DNA of 64,000 bases from a virus: IMG/VR virus record IMGVR_UViG_3300022701_000122, positions 64,001 through 128,000 of that record, one strand, 5' to 3'. The position numbers were made by a program, and so were the translations under genes. Numbering within the stretch: the stretch's first letter is position 1; each line of letters begins with the position of its first letter. Of the stretch, positions 28,647 through 39,069 are shown piece by piece. Below the pieces are notes generated by a model. That model made no database searches, was not told where the DNA came from, and was given only the letters and a program-made list of their open reading frames with translations.

Positions 28647-29150
28647 ATGTCTGATATATCTAACAATGTTTACATTTATAAAGGAAAAGTTATAGAAGTT
28701 GTAGATGGTGATACTGTTAAAGTTGATATCGATCTTGGATTTAATGCTTCTATTAAAGTAACAAGTCGAGTATTAAATTTAGATACTCCAGAATTTACAA
28801 AATCATCTTGTTTAGAGGAACAATATCGTGGTCGTCTTGCGATAAGTGAAGCTAAAGATATTTTATTGGGTAAACATATTATATTGATATCGAAAAAAAG
28901 AAAATCAACTGATTCTTTTGGAAGATATCTTTTTCAGATATTTTATAAACAAAATGGCATATGGAAAGAATATTCAGTTACTATGATAGAAAATGGTCAT
29001 GAGAAGAGTAAGTTTTATGGTGATATTAAATCGAGATATTTTTCAGAGAAAAGATATTTTAATAATTTACGATATTCATATGAGAAAAGCATTTTGGAAA
29101 ACAAAGCAAAAATTTTTAAAGAATTGTATTCGTATGAATATATTAAATAG
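28647..29150 (+). CDS. Thermonuclease (SNase-like)
   Basis: KVIEVVDGDTV...DLGF...RVLNLDTPE...DSFGRYL. Confidence 0.9.
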   Translation: MSDISNNVYIYKGKVIEVVDGDTVKVDIDLGFNASIKVTSRVLNLDTPEFTKSSCLEEQYRGRLAISEAKDILLGKHIILISKKRKSTDSFGRYLFQIFYKQNGIWKEYSVTMIENGHEKSKFYGDIKSRYFSEKRYFNNLRYSYEKSILENKAKIFKELYSYEYIK

Positions 29151-29179
29151 GTAAATTTATAATTGAAAGGAGTGCTTAT

Positions 29180-30373
29180 ATGCCGAATCCTGTATCTTTG
29201 ATATCTGCATTTCCACCAGATGAATTAAAAGAATTTATACTATCTCAGAATAAATATAATAGATTAAATGTATTTATTGATTTAAAGAACGTATTACAAT
29301 CTTTATATATTCCATCTATAATTGATGAAATAGTCGCAAACAGTCAAACTATGTCGAATATCGATAGTACTATATTTCAATCTATATTGAATATTATTTC
29401 TTATTGGAAGAATTATGGTAGATATAAAGGAATGAGGACATATGTTTACATTACTACTGATATTGGAAGATCTCAATATCATAGAGATATTTATCAAAAA
29501 TATAAGAATAGTAGATATATAACAAATACTAAATATGGTCCAAATAATGTTAAGCTTATTGAAATAAGAGATAACAATTTCAAATTAGCTGAGAAAGTTA
29601 TAAATAAAATACAAAATGCTCACTTCTTTTGTTTAGATTTTTTAGAGAGTGATTTTGTTCCATATTATTTATTATCTCGAAATTTTGTATATCATGATGA
29701 TAGTACTTTGAATATAATATGCAGTAACGATAAAGATTTGTATCAGACAACTGAGATTCCAAATACAATAATTGTTTATAAGAAATTTAAATATAGAGAT
29801 TTATTAACTAAAAATGATGTTTTGAAATTTTATACTGGAATAAATAAAACTAAAACAAAGAGAAAAGAAATTCGAATAAAAATACTTGATTCCTTAGATA
29901 TGAGATACATTACAACAATGATGGCTATTGTTGGTGATGTAGCAGATGATATTCCTGGTGTTAGTGGTATCGGTTTATCTAAAGTTATAGATTTATTTGA
30001 AGATGAGAGTATGGTATCAACAGTTCTTGGCTCAGTTGATGATATAAATGATAGAATATTTAATAATGGAAAATTATTTATAGATGATATGATCGGGATA
30101 TCAAAATTACCAAATTTTGCATGGAAATCTGCAATGATTAATAATGATTTAGTTACAAGATCATATAAACTTATATCATTTGAACAATTGAGTAGATGGT
30201 TAGATAATGAGAATTCTTTATTTAAAACAAATAGTAAGAATTATATGATCAATATAATAGAAAAAAGTAATATACCATTAATAGAAAATATGAGCGATTT
30301 AGTAAGTCAATTATTCAAATTAGAAGATTTTCAACTTGAAGAAAGAGTTATACATAGTTTGGGAGGAGCTTAA
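29180..30373 (+). CDS. 5'-3' exonuclease / RNase H (T4 Rnh, FEN-like)
   Basis: IDLKN, ESDF, SNDKDLYQ, helix-3-turn-helix VGDVADDIPGVSGIG. Confidence 0.85.
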   Translation: MPNPVSLISAFPPDELKEFILSQNKYNRLNVFIDLKNVLQSLYIPSIIDEIVANSQTMSNIDSTIFQSILNIISYWKNYGRYKGMRTYVYITTDIGRSQYHRDIYQKYKNSRYITNTKYGPNNVKLIEIRDNNFKLAEKVINKIQNAHFFCLDFLESDFVPYYLLSRNFVYHDDSTLNIICSNDKDLYQTTEIPNTIIVYKKFKYRDLLTKNDVLKFYTGINKTKTKRKEIRIKILDSLDMRYITTMMAIVGDVADDIPGVSGIGLSKVIDLFEDESMVSTVLGSVDDINDRIFNNGKLFIDDMIGISKLPNFAWKSAMINNDLVTRSYKLISFEQLSRWLDNENSLFKTNSKNYMINIIEKSNIPLIENMSDLVSQLFKLEDFQLEERVIHSLGGA

Positions 30374-30375
30374 TA

Positions 30376-31083
30376 ATGTTAAACTGGAACAATGTGTTAA
30401 AATATATAAAAGGTAGAGTAGCACTACCATCGTCATTTATAGAAAAAAATGATGTTGAAATAAAAGAATGGATAACAATTAAAACTATACCTGAATTCTC
30501 AACATACTTTCCTGATGAAGAATATACATCTGTCTTATACGCTAATTCAAATTATACTGTTCCAGGGAAAACAAATTATTATAGATTTTTTGATGAAGAA
30601 GATTTGGATATAATTGGAATTGTTGAGTGTTTCTTTCCACTTGAAATGGATGATTGGTATCATCCACTTGTAGAACCAATGAACTTCTCAGAAATGAAAT
30701 GGTGGTCATTAGCTGTATTTAAAGCGAAAATGTTTGCAGAAACATCAAGTTTTAATAAGACGTATAAATTTATTGGACCTAATATGGTTCAAATATTACC
30801 AAAAGCAACTTCAAATTTTGTTGTTCAATATGAACGTGAGCAACCACATGATCTTAGAAAAATACCAACTGCTTTAAAAACTATATTCATGGATCTTGCT
30901 TGTTCTGATATTATGATGTGGATTGGAACGATACGTACACAATATCAATCTGTTGAAACGCCATTTGGTCAAATTCCACTTAATGGTGAACAATTAAGAA
31001 GTGATGCTGAACAGTTGAGACAATCAACTATGGATAAAATGGTTGAAAATTCTCTTCCACCTATAACTATAGATATTGGGTAA
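30376..31083 (+). CDS. Neck / head-completion protein (T4 gp13-like)
   Basis: N-terminal YIKGRVALP...E; C-terminal WIG...PFGQIPLNG...PP...IG resembles the gp13 family. Confidence 0.65.
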   Translation: MLNWNNVLKYIKGRVALPSSFIEKNDVEIKEWITIKTIPEFSTYFPDEEYTSVLYANSNYTVPGKTNYYRFFDEEDLDIIGIVECFFPLEMDDWYHPLVEPMNFSEMKWWSLAVFKAKMFAETSSFNKTYKFIGPNMVQILPKATSNFVVQYEREQPHDLRKIPTALKTIFMDLACSDIMMWIGTIRTQYQSVETPFGQIPLNGEQLRSDAEQLRQSTMDKMVENSLPPITIDIG

Positions 31084-31095
31084 TTTCAATAGTTT

Positions 31096-31110
31096 GGACA
31101 AATTATTAGA
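31096..31110 (+). promoter_or_regulatory. GGACAAA motif, putative phage promoter (partial match)
   Basis: GGACAAATTATTAGA intergenic. Confidence 0.5.
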
Positions 31111-31129
31111 TTGAATATGGTGATAACCG

Positions 31130-31744
31130 ATGGTAAAAGGAAAAGAAAAAGGTAATTCATTTGAGAGAGCTATAAGTAAAGAATTATCTCTATTTATTAC
31201 GAATAATGAAAGAGATGATATATTCTATAGATCGCAAAATAGTGGTGGAAGATTTACTATAAGAGATAAGTTAGGCGTATCTACACATAATCAAGATGGT
31301 GATATAACTTCAATGCATCCCGATGGTGATATATTTACTGAAGTTTTTAGTGTAGAATTGAAACACTATAAAAATATAAATATTTGGAGTATTATAACTG
31401 GTGTAAAAAAATCGAAGAGTGTTTTAAATTTTTGGAATCAGACTCAAAATACAGCAGAAAAAGTTAATAAGATACCAATACTTATAGCAAGACAGAACTA
31501 TAAGCCAATATTATTTATTACGAATAATGAATATTTTAAATTAAGTCTTAGTTCTAAATTTGATTTATATCCAATTTTAATATCAAATATATTAACCAAT
31601 GATAATTCTTTATTTATATATTTATATGATTCTATAATTAAATTAAATTCTGATAAATTTAATGAAATGGTTAAACATATTAGAAATGTAAATAGAGAGA
31701 AAAATAAATTGATAACAACTGAATATACTTCAGGTGTGAGGTAA
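31130..31744 (+). CDS. Holliday junction resolvase, PD-(D/E)XK (Hjc-like)
   Basis: KGNSFER, GDI, VELKHY. Confidence 0.8.
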   Translation: MVKGKEKGNSFERAISKELSLFITNNERDDIFYRSQNSGGRFTIRDKLGVSTHNQDGDITSMHPDGDIFTEVFSVELKHYKNINIWSIITGVKKSKSVLNFWNQTQNTAEKVNKIPILIARQNYKPILFITNNEYFKLSLSSKFDLYPILISNILTNDNSLFIYLYDSIIKLNSDKFNEMVKHIRNVNREKNKLITTEYTSGVR

Positions 31745-31750
31745 TATAAT

Positions 31751-32179
31751 ATGGCATCACGATATACACAATATGTTCTACAAAGACATGAAGCTGTAAA
31801 AGCAAAAACTCATTATGATTTTAGAATGAAATATTTACATAAATCAAAATTGGCATCTTGGGCTATACCAAAAGCGAAGATTCCAAAAAATCCAGGTGAA
31901 AAAGTACTTGCTATCCAAACTGAAGATCATCCAATGTCTTGGTATAATTTTCGGGGAGATATACCGCAGGGGAGTTATGGGTATGGTAAAGTAAGTATTG
32001 AACAGAGAGGATCGCTTGAAGTGATAGGTTGGGGTTCTGATGTTATATCATTTAGAATTCAAAATGGCAAATATATGAATGGTAAATATGCTCTTGTTAA
32101 AACAAAAACTACATATGGGACAGATAAGAAACAGCAAAGTTGGTTATTAGTTAAATCAAAAGATGATCAAGAAGATTAA
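31751..32179 (+). CDS. Stand-alone LigD 3'-phosphoesterase (DNA end-healing)
   Basis: VLQRH...HYDFR, SWAIPK, AIQTEDHP, GxYGxG. Confidence 0.9.
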   Translation: MASRYTQYVLQRHEAVKAKTHYDFRMKYLHKSKLASWAIPKAKIPKNPGEKVLAIQTEDHPMSWYNFRGDIPQGSYGYGKVSIEQRGSLEVIGWGSDVISFRIQNGKYMNGKYALVKTKTTYGTDKKQQSWLLVKSKDDQED

Positions 32180-32190
32180 TAATTTTACAT

Positions 32191-35100
32191 ATGAAAGGGG
32201 CAAATACTATGATGGATAGTTTGCGTGTCGAAAATAGTGATAGTACTAAGATTGAAGAAGATGTTAAGTTTGAAGAAAAAGATCCCTACGAGGGGATAAC
32301 TTTTAAAAAAGTACAATCAACCATAAAAAATAAAAACGGAAAAGTTATATTTAATGAAGAAGTTGAATTTCCAGATTATTTTGATGAAAATGATATAAAT
32401 ATTGTTGCGAGTAAATATCTTTGTAATTCAGCAAAAGCAAAAGAGACTTCTCTTAAACAAATGGTTGAACGAATTGGCGATACTATAACAGAAATGGGAG
32501 ATAAACAGGGATATTTTGATGTTGGTTTAATTGATAAAGAAGAATTTAGATACTGGCTAAAATATTATCAAATTAGACAGTATTGTGCATTTAATAGTCC
32601 AGTATATTTTAATGTTGGACTTGAAGATCCGGCTCAGGTATCTGCGTGTTTTATATTAGACATTCAAGACGATATGGATTCTATTTCTGGAATAACCCAA
32701 TTAGAAAGTAGAATTTTTAAATGGGGAAGTGGTTCTGGAATTAATATGAGTAATCTAAGATCACGAAAAGAAAAAGTTCGTGGTGGTGGACATGCATGTT
32801 TAACTGATGATACAGTTGTATATATAAATGAAGAAAAACGCACAACTATAAAGAATTTATGGAAAATGAAAGTTGATAATATTGATTTTCCAGATATTTT
32901 ATCTGCTAAAGATGCAAAACGAATTATTCCGAATAGAATAATTGATATTGTTTATAATGGTCATCAAGTGGTTTATAAAATGGATACATCACTTGGATAC
33001 ACAATAAAAGCAACTATGAATCATAGATTCTTGTCTAAACAAGATGGATGGCAACCATTGGAATACTTTAATGAAGGAGATTGTATAGCAGTATCTGATG
33101 GCGACAAATTAAATTATGATACTATTATAGATATAAATAAATTTGGAAAAGAACACGTATATGATCTTCAAATGGAATCTCCTTTTCATAATTTTATAGC
33201 AAATGGTTTATTATCACATAATAGTGGTCCAACTTCATTTATGAAAACTCATGATACAAATGCTGGTGTAATAAGAAGTGGTGGAACATTACGGAGATCA
33301 GCAAAATTAGTGTGTCTTGATGATTGGCATCCAGATATTCTTCATTTTATAAATTGTAAGAAAAGAGAAGAAGAAAAATTAAGAATATTAATGAATTCTG
33401 GATTTGAACCAGAAGAAGGTTATGATCCATCAGACGATGCTTATTATCAAAATACAAATATATCTGTTCGATTATCTGATGAATTTATGGAGGCAGTGGA
33501 AAATGATGATAAATGGAGTACTAAATATGTATTAACAGGTGAAACTTGTGATACTTATAATGCAAAAGACATTCTAAAAGAAATATCAGAAACTGCATGG
33601 GAGACGGCTGATCCTGGAATTCTATTTTCTGGAGCAATGAATAAATGGAATACTACCAAGAAAGTTGGTGAAATAACAACCTCTAACCCGTGTAATCCTG
33701 ATTGGATTCCAGTTTTAACACCAAATGGTTATAAGAAATTTAGAGATATTAACAATAAAGTATTTGTTGGTGGGAAAGAAAATGAATGTTCAGATCTTAT
33801 TTTTACTGGTACTAAAAAAGTATATGAGATTGTTCTTAAAAGTGGATTAAGATTATACGCTACAGATAATCATAAAATAAATACTGAATATGGAGATGTA
33901 GAAGTTAAAGATCTTACTGTTAATAGTAAAGTAAGAGTTGATTATACAAAAATTCCATATGAATTTGATAAAGAAGAGTTTGAAAAAGGTTTATTGTGTG
34001 GGTTTTTATTTGCAGATGGGACTATAGATAAACATTGTAAATATTTTTGTTTTTCATTGGGAATAGAAGAATTTGATTTTGAACATGTATTTCTAGAACT
34101 TATACATAAATATACTGATAGTGATAAAACATTTAAACCACATGGACAAAAACCAGATACATGTAGATTATTAGGAGTTAATAAAAAGAAAATAGTTGAA
34201 AATTTTTTTAATAATATATTTAAAGCTAAAAATAAGAATGAATTTGATCTTTTTGATCATTCTATTTCTTTTCAAAAAGGTTTTATTCAATCAATGATAT
34301 CGTGTGATGGTCACGTTGTTAATAGTGGATATACTAAACATGTTGGCATTACGCAATCTGGTAAAAAAGGATATAATATATTAAGTCAGATTCAGTTATC
34401 TCTTGCATCTATGGGCATTTATTGTTATTTCGGAATACATAATCATGAAATGTCTGGAATACGTGATGGGAAAGAATTTCATTATAAAACTGTATATAAA
34501 CTTGAAATAAATGATGTTTGGGAATTTGATAAAGAATTTGAATTATATAGTACAAATAAACAAAAAAGAGTTAAAGAGATAGTTTCTATACCAAAATCTC
34601 ACCCAACAAGAATAACTAATCTGAAAACTTTTCAACATATAAAAGAAATAAATGACTATTCTGAGGAAGAAGTTTATGATATTCAAGTTCCAGATATTCA
34701 TTATTTTGTAGCCAGTGGTGTTGTCGTTCATAATTGCGGTGAGTATTTATCTCCTATAATAGAAGAAAATGGTGGTGCTGCTTGTAATCTTGCGTCTTGT
34801 AATTTCTTGAAATTTTTTAAATTTAAACAAGTTGGAGAATCATTTGAAGTTAATTTTGATTTTGAAAATTTTGAGAGATTAATAAAAATAATGATAATTG
34901 CTCAAGATATAATAATTAATGCTGGTAGTTATCCAAATAATAAGATTAGGAATAATGCTGTTAAACTTAGACCACTTGGGTTTGGATTTTCTAATCTTGG
35001 TTCCACTTTGATGAATATGTGTTTACCATATGATAGTGATGAGGGAAGATTATTAGCAAGTTTATTAACATCCTTACTGACATCAACTGCATTTTGTATA

Positions 35101-36438
35101 AGTAAAGATATGGGTCAGAAACTTGGATCATTTGAATTATTTAAAGAAAATGAAGAATCTTTTCGTGATGTGATGGAAATACATAGTGATAAAAATGATA
35201 AATTATATATAGATAATGGTTTTGATAATGATAATAATTTTAGACACAATGAATTATATAATAAAATGTTTACTAAGTGTAGTTCTAATTGGGATAAAGT
35301 TTGTGGTATTAATGATTTTAAAGATGAACCATATGAATTTAGAAATTCACAAGTATCGCTGGCTATGCCCACAGGCACGGTATCATTTTTAATGGGATGT
35401 ACTACAACTGGAATAGAGCCAGAATTTTCACATGTTAAATATAAAACATTAAGTGGAAATGAAGGTGCTATGATGACGATAGTAAATAAAGATGTTTCCA
35501 ATGTATTATTCAGACTTGGTTATACAGCAGAAGAAGTCATGAATATTGAACTTGATTTAAAGCATGATGGTTGTTTGGATAATTGTAATAAAATAAAAGA
35601 AGAACATCTTCCAATATTCGACACATCTACATCAAAAAATACAAATGGTAGAAGTATTCATTATATGGGTCATTTAAAAATGCTTGGTGCTGTACAACCA
35701 TTTTTGTCGGGAGCAATTTCAAAAACCGTTTCGTGTCCAAATAATATAACTCCAGAAGAAATTGGGGATATATATGTTGATGCTTGGAAAAGAGGGTTGA
35801 AAGGATTAACTATTTATAGGGATGGTTCAAAAACATATCAACCATTAAAAACATCAGATGAATGTAAATCAATTGATGTTAAATTAGAAAGAAAAAAGTT
35901 ATTAGATGATAGAGAATCATTAACTCATAAATTCTCATTTGGTGGAATAAAAGGTTATATTACATCTGGTAAATATGAAGATGGAAAATTAGGTGAAGTA
36001 TTTATTACATGTAATAAAATGGGAAGTACTATAAATGGATTACTCGATTCAATTGGTATATTGATGAGTATAAGTCTTCAATATGGTGTTCCACTTGAAG
36101 ATTATGTTCGTAAATTTATGAATACACGTTTTGAACCTGCTGGATTCACTCGTAATCCAGATATTAGATCAACTACAAGTATTGTTGATTATATGGTAAG
36201 ACATCTTGGTAATAGATATCTTACTGAAGATCAAAAAGAAGAACTTGGTCTTAATATTAATAGCCCATGTATTGATAATGGTATTAATCCAGTTATGCAA
36301 TCACAAACGATCCTCACCAATTCAGATATTTCACAAAGTGCGACATTTTGTTCTGAATGTGGTAATATAATGAAACGAATTGGATCAACTTGTTATCAAT
36401 GTGGTCATTGTGGGCATAATACTGGCGTATGTGGATAA
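32191..36438 (+). CDS. nrdJ: Class II (B12-dependent) ribonucleotide reductase with two inteins, C-terminal TSCPD domain and Zn ribbon
   Basis: FNSPV, QVSACFI, spliced GGHA-SGPTSF and SNP-CGE, ACNLAS, RPLGFG, MPTGTVS, ISKTVS, TIYRDGSK; start may be 32209 (AAGGGG RBS). Confidence 0.95.
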   Translation: MKGANTMMDSLRVENSDSTKIEEDVKFEEKDPYEGITFKKVQSTIKNKNGKVIFNEEVEFPDYFDENDINIVASKYLCNSAKAKETSLKQMVERIGDTITEMGDKQGYFDVGLIDKEEFRYWLKYYQIRQYCAFNSPVYFNVGLEDPAQVSACFILDIQDDMDSISGITQLESRIFKWGSGSGINMSNLRSRKEKVRGGGHACLTDDTVVYINEEKRTTIKNLWKMKVDNIDFPDILSAKDAKRIIPNRIIDIVYNGHQVVYKMDTSLGYTIKATMNHRFLSKQDGWQPLEYFNEGDCIAVSDGDKLNYDTIIDINKFGKEHVYDLQMESPFHNFIANGLLSHNSGPTSFMKTHDTNAGVIRSGGTLRRSAKLVCLDDWHPDILHFINCKKREEEKLRILMNSGFEPEEGYDPSDDAYYQNTNISVRLSDEFMEAVENDDKWSTKYVLTGETCDTYNAKDILKEISETAWETADPGILFSGAMNKWNTTKKVGEITTSNPCNPDWIPVLTPNGYKKFRDINNKVFVGGKENECSDLIFTGTKKVYEIVLKSGLRLYATDNHKINTEYGDVEVKDLTVNSKVRVDYTKIPYEFDKEEFEKGLLCGFLFADGTIDKHCKYFCFSLGIEEFDFEHVFLELIHKYTDSDKTFKPHGQKPDTCRLLGVNKKKIVENFFNNIFKAKNKNEFDLFDHSISFQKGFIQSMISCDGHVVNSGYTKHVGITQSGKKGYNILSQIQLSLASMGIYCYFGIHNHEMSGIRDGKEFHYKTVYKLEINDVWEFDKEFELYSTNKQKRVKEIVSIPKSHPTRITNLKTFQHIKEINDYSEEEVYDIQVPDIHYFVASGVVVHNCGEYLSPIIEENGGAACNLASCNFLKFFKFKQVGESFEVNFDFENFERLIKIMIIAQDIIINAGSYPNNKIRNNAVKLRPLGFGFSNLGSTLMNMCLPYDSDEGRLLASLLTSLLTSTAFCISKDMGQKLGSFELFKENEESFRDVMEIHSDKNDKLYIDNGFDNDNNFRHNELYNKMFTKCSSNWDKVCGINDFKDEPYEFRNSQVSLAMPTGTVSFLMGCTTTGIEPEFSHVKYKTLSGNEGAMMTIVNKDVSNVLFRLGYTAEEVMNIELDLKHDGCLDNCNKIKEEHLPIFDTSTSKNTNGRSIHYMGHLKMLGAVQPFLSGAISKTVSCPNNITPEEIGDIYVDAWKRGLKGLTIYRDGSKTYQPLKTSDECKSIDVKLERKKLLDDRESLTHKFSFGGIKGYITSGKYEDGKLGEVFITCNKMGSTINGLLDSIGILMSISLQYGVPLEDYVRKFMNTRFEPAGFTRNPDIRSTTSIVDYMVRHLGNRYLTEDQKEELGLNINSPCIDNGINPVMQSQTILTNSDISQSATFCSECGNIMKRIGSTCYQCGHCGHNTGVCG
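32797..33222 (+). mobile_element. Mini-intein in nrdJ, 142 aa, no endonuclease
   Basis: CLTDDT...TMNHRF...VYDLQM...HN followed by Ser. Confidence 0.92.
33691..34734 (+). mobile_element. LAGLIDADG intein at the NPCGE catalytic motif of nrdJ, 348 aa
   Basis: NP|CNPDW...TDNHKI...GFLFADG...SMISCDG...VYDIQV...VHN|CGE. Confidence 0.93.
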
Positions 36439-36441
36439 GTT

Positions 36442-36882
36442 ATGTTGACGATTTTTAATTTTCCAAGAAGAAGCGGTAAAACAAGATTATGTAAGCGACT
36501 ACTCTTAAATAATAAAAAATCAATAGCTGTATTTGTTGAAAATGAAATTGCGAAGAGAAATTATATAAAATTTGTAAATGATAATTATAGAGTATTCGCT
36601 TTACATAATATTTATGATGCGAGAATACAATTAAGCGGTTTGAATATAGATACTTTAATTTTTGATGATTCTTTAAATATAATATATAAATATGAATTAT
36701 TAGCTATTAATGAGTTATCAAACATGTATAATATTATTATAATAGGTACAAATATTTATAGAAAAAGTAAATTCCCATTAAGTATGATCTCTTCTACCAG
36801 TGATAGAATTTTCCATAGTGATTTTTTATGTAAAATAATTAAAATTATTTTTGATATTTCAAACTGTGGTATTGTTATTTAA
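36442..36882 (+). CDS. Small P-loop NTPase-like protein
   Basis: FPRRSGKT Walker A-like, LIFDD Walker B-like; 146 aa. Confidence 0.55.
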   Translation: MLTIFNFPRRSGKTRLCKRLLLNNKKSIAVFVENEIAKRNYIKFVNDNYRVFALHNIYDARIQLSGLNIDTLIFDDSLNIIYKYELLAINELSNMYNIIIIGTNIYRKSKFPLSMISSTSDRIFHSDFLCKIIKIIFDISNCGIVI

Positions 36883-36888
36883 TATAAC

Positions 36889-36903
36889 GGACAAATGGTA
36901 AAT
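36889..36903 (+). promoter_or_regulatory. GGACAAA motif, putative phage promoter
   Basis: GGACAAATGGTAAAT intergenic. Confidence 0.65.
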
Positions 36904-36922
36904 GTTCGAAAGGGGTAATAAA

Positions 36923-37093
36923 ATGACAGATAAAAAGAAAATAACGGTAGAAGATGAAATTATAATAAAAGATAGTTTTAATATAAAATCAAAAACACTT
37001 ATCGATGAATATAATATCGAAGAAAATAATCCAATCGGAAATGAAGATAAAGTAAAAAAAGGTAAAGTCAAAAAGACTATTATATTGGAGTAA
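36923..37093 (+). CDS. Small hypothetical protein
   Basis: AGGGG RBS before ATG 36923 (track start 36902). Confidence 0.6.
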   Translation: MTDKKKITVEDEIIIKDSFNIKSKTLIDEYNIEENNPIGNEDKVKKGKVKKTIILE

Positions 37094-37099
37094 TATAAT

Positions 37100-37510
37100 A
37101 TGATACAAACTAAATCAAAAAGAATTGAATCTCTTATATCTGAATTTAGCAAAAATAGATCTGAATTAGATGATATGCTGAAGGATGTCAAAGAATCACG
37201 ATCTGCTATAGACCAACTTTTGCCGAAAAAAGTTGATTATAAATCTAAATGGGTTATCCAAGAGAGAGTTAAAGCTATAACGGAAATATTGAAAGCTGAA
37301 TTATCAATTCGTAAACATAAAGATGATTCTCTTAGAGTTGAAATTGAATTATTGCGTAAAGTTAGCGATGAAGAACAACAAGAGATTGATTCTAATATGA
37401 TAAGAAAGATTGTTGAAGTTGTTGAAAAGAATGAGTTACTTAAGAAAAAAACAAATAAAGTAACAGATATTAAATATAAAAAGAAAACTGGTGGAGGAAT
37501 TTCAGCATAA
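37100..37510 (+). CDS. Hypothetical coiled-coil protein
   Basis: GGAG RBS; 136 aa helical. Confidence 0.75.
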   Translation: MIQTKSKRIESLISEFSKNRSELDDMLKDVKESRSAIDQLLPKKVDYKSKWVIQERVKAITEILKAELSIRKHKDDSLRVEIELLRKVSDEEQQEIDSNMIRKIVEVVEKNELLKKKTNKVTDIKYKKKTGGGISA

Positions 37511-37701
37511 TGAAAGAAAATACGTCAACTAAATTAAATATATTATGGGATAATATTGTATCTATATTTATAGCTGTTAAAAATATAAAACATTATTGTG
37601 GTTTTCATAATGATAAGTGTAAAGTAAGAATTGATGAGCAAGAGGGGATGAGTCAAACGATTTGTAAAATCACAAAAAAAGAAATAAAAGAAAAGAAGTA
37701 A
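37510..37701 (+). CDS. Small hypothetical protein
   Basis: GGAGGA RBS; overlaps the previous stop. Confidence 0.55.
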   Translation: MKENTSTKLNILWDNIVSIFIAVKNIKHYCGFHNDKCKVRIDEQEGMSQTICKITKKEIKEKK

Positions 37702-37719
37702 CTTATTAGGAGAATTATT

Positions 37720-39069
37720 ATGATGACAGTTCAAGATAGTTCAACTGGTGTTACTACAAAAGTTGAAAATAGCTCGAATAATGATGATAAAACAGAGTCT
37801 AAAGTAGAAGATGATTTTGAAATATTATCTAATAAAAGTAATGAAGATGTTAAAAAAGAGCAACCAAAAAAAGAACCAGAACCAAAAGAAGAATCAGTCG
37901 ATGCACCAATTGCTGAAAAAGATGAAGATGAAAAATTTGAATTAGCTGATAGTTTCGATGCATTTTTGTCTAAAGATATGAAAGTTGAAAGAAGAATGTC
38001 ATCGATTAAATACATTCCAACTGGAATTGATGTTCTTGATAAAGTAATGGGTGGTGGTGCATCTGTTGGAGTTGTTCAATTTGTTGGTACTCCTGGATCT
38101 GGTAAAAGCCCAATATTAGCTAAAATTATTTCAAATGGTCAACGTTTATATGGAAAGAAATTCAATTCTGTTTTTATAGATAGTGAAGAAACAATGACAA
38201 AAGAAAGATTGTCTCAACTTGGAGTTAATTATCCACCACTTGAACCATATCAAGATATGACAGTTGAAAAAGTTTTTCAAGTTGTTGAAGGAATGTCATT
38301 GTTTAAACAGAAATATCCAGAACTTATTGATATTCCTTGGGTAATTGGTTGGGATAGTATTGCTAATACATTATCTGAAGTTGCAATGGCTACGAATGAT
38401 GTTAATTCTGTTATTGGTCAAAAGGCAAGAGCATTAGCTCATTTTTTACCCAAATATGTTCCAGTAATGAATAAATATTCTATATGTCTTGTATGTGTAA
38501 ATCAATTACGAGACAAAATTGATATGGGTGTATTTAAACAAAAATCAGATCTTAAATTTTTAAGTAATAAAAAATTACCAGGAGGACAATCCTTATTATT
38601 TAACTCTATACAAATAATGAATCTTTCTCCAGTTGGAAAAACCGTAGATGGAGAATATGGATTCAGTGGTCAACGAGTTGAATTCAGAGCTATAAAGAAT
38701 AAGTTATATGCTCCAAATATACCAATTAAAGTGGTATTTAGTTTTGAAAATGGATATTCTAATTTCTATACAAATTTTGAATTATTGAAATCTGCAAAGC
38801 GTATAAAATCTGGTGCGTGGTGTTCTCTTACATCTTGTCCAGAAGTTGGTAACTTTCGTCAGAAACAAGCATTAGAATTTTATAAAACTAAACCAGATTT
38901 TAGAAAAGCATTTGACGCAGATGTAAAAGATGTGTTACAAACTGAATTCGATGATATTTATAAATCTACAAATGAAGAAGATAGCGATTATATTGATGAT
39001 AGTGCAAATATTCCAACTTATAATTATCCAGATGATAATGATTCTACTCAAGAATTATCAAATTGGTAA
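37720..39069 (+). CDS. uvsX: RecA/UvsX-family recombinase
   Basis: IPTGIDVLDKVMGGG, GTPGSGKS, IDSEE, WDSIA, KARAL, NQLRDKI, PGG, KNKL. Confidence 0.92.
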   Translation: MMTVQDSSTGVTTKVENSSNNDDKTESKVEDDFEILSNKSNEDVKKEQPKKEPEPKEESVDAPIAEKDEDEKFELADSFDAFLSKDMKVERRMSSIKYIPTGIDVLDKVMGGGASVGVVQFVGTPGSGKSPILAKIISNGQRLYGKKFNSVFIDSEETMTKERLSQLGVNYPPLEPYQDMTVEKVFQVVEGMSLFKQKYPELIDIPWVIGWDSIANTLSEVAMATNDVNSVIGQKARALAHFLPKYVPVMNKYSICLVCVNQLRDKIDMGVFKQKSDLKFLSNKKLPGGQSLLFNSIQIMNLSPVGKTVDGEYGFSGQRVEFRAIKNKLYAPNIPIKVVFSFENGYSNFYTNFELLKSAKRIKSGAWCSLTSCPEVGNFRQKQALEFYKTKPDFRKAFDADVKDVLQTEFDDIYKSTNEEDSDYIDDSANIPTYNYPDDNDSTQELSNW

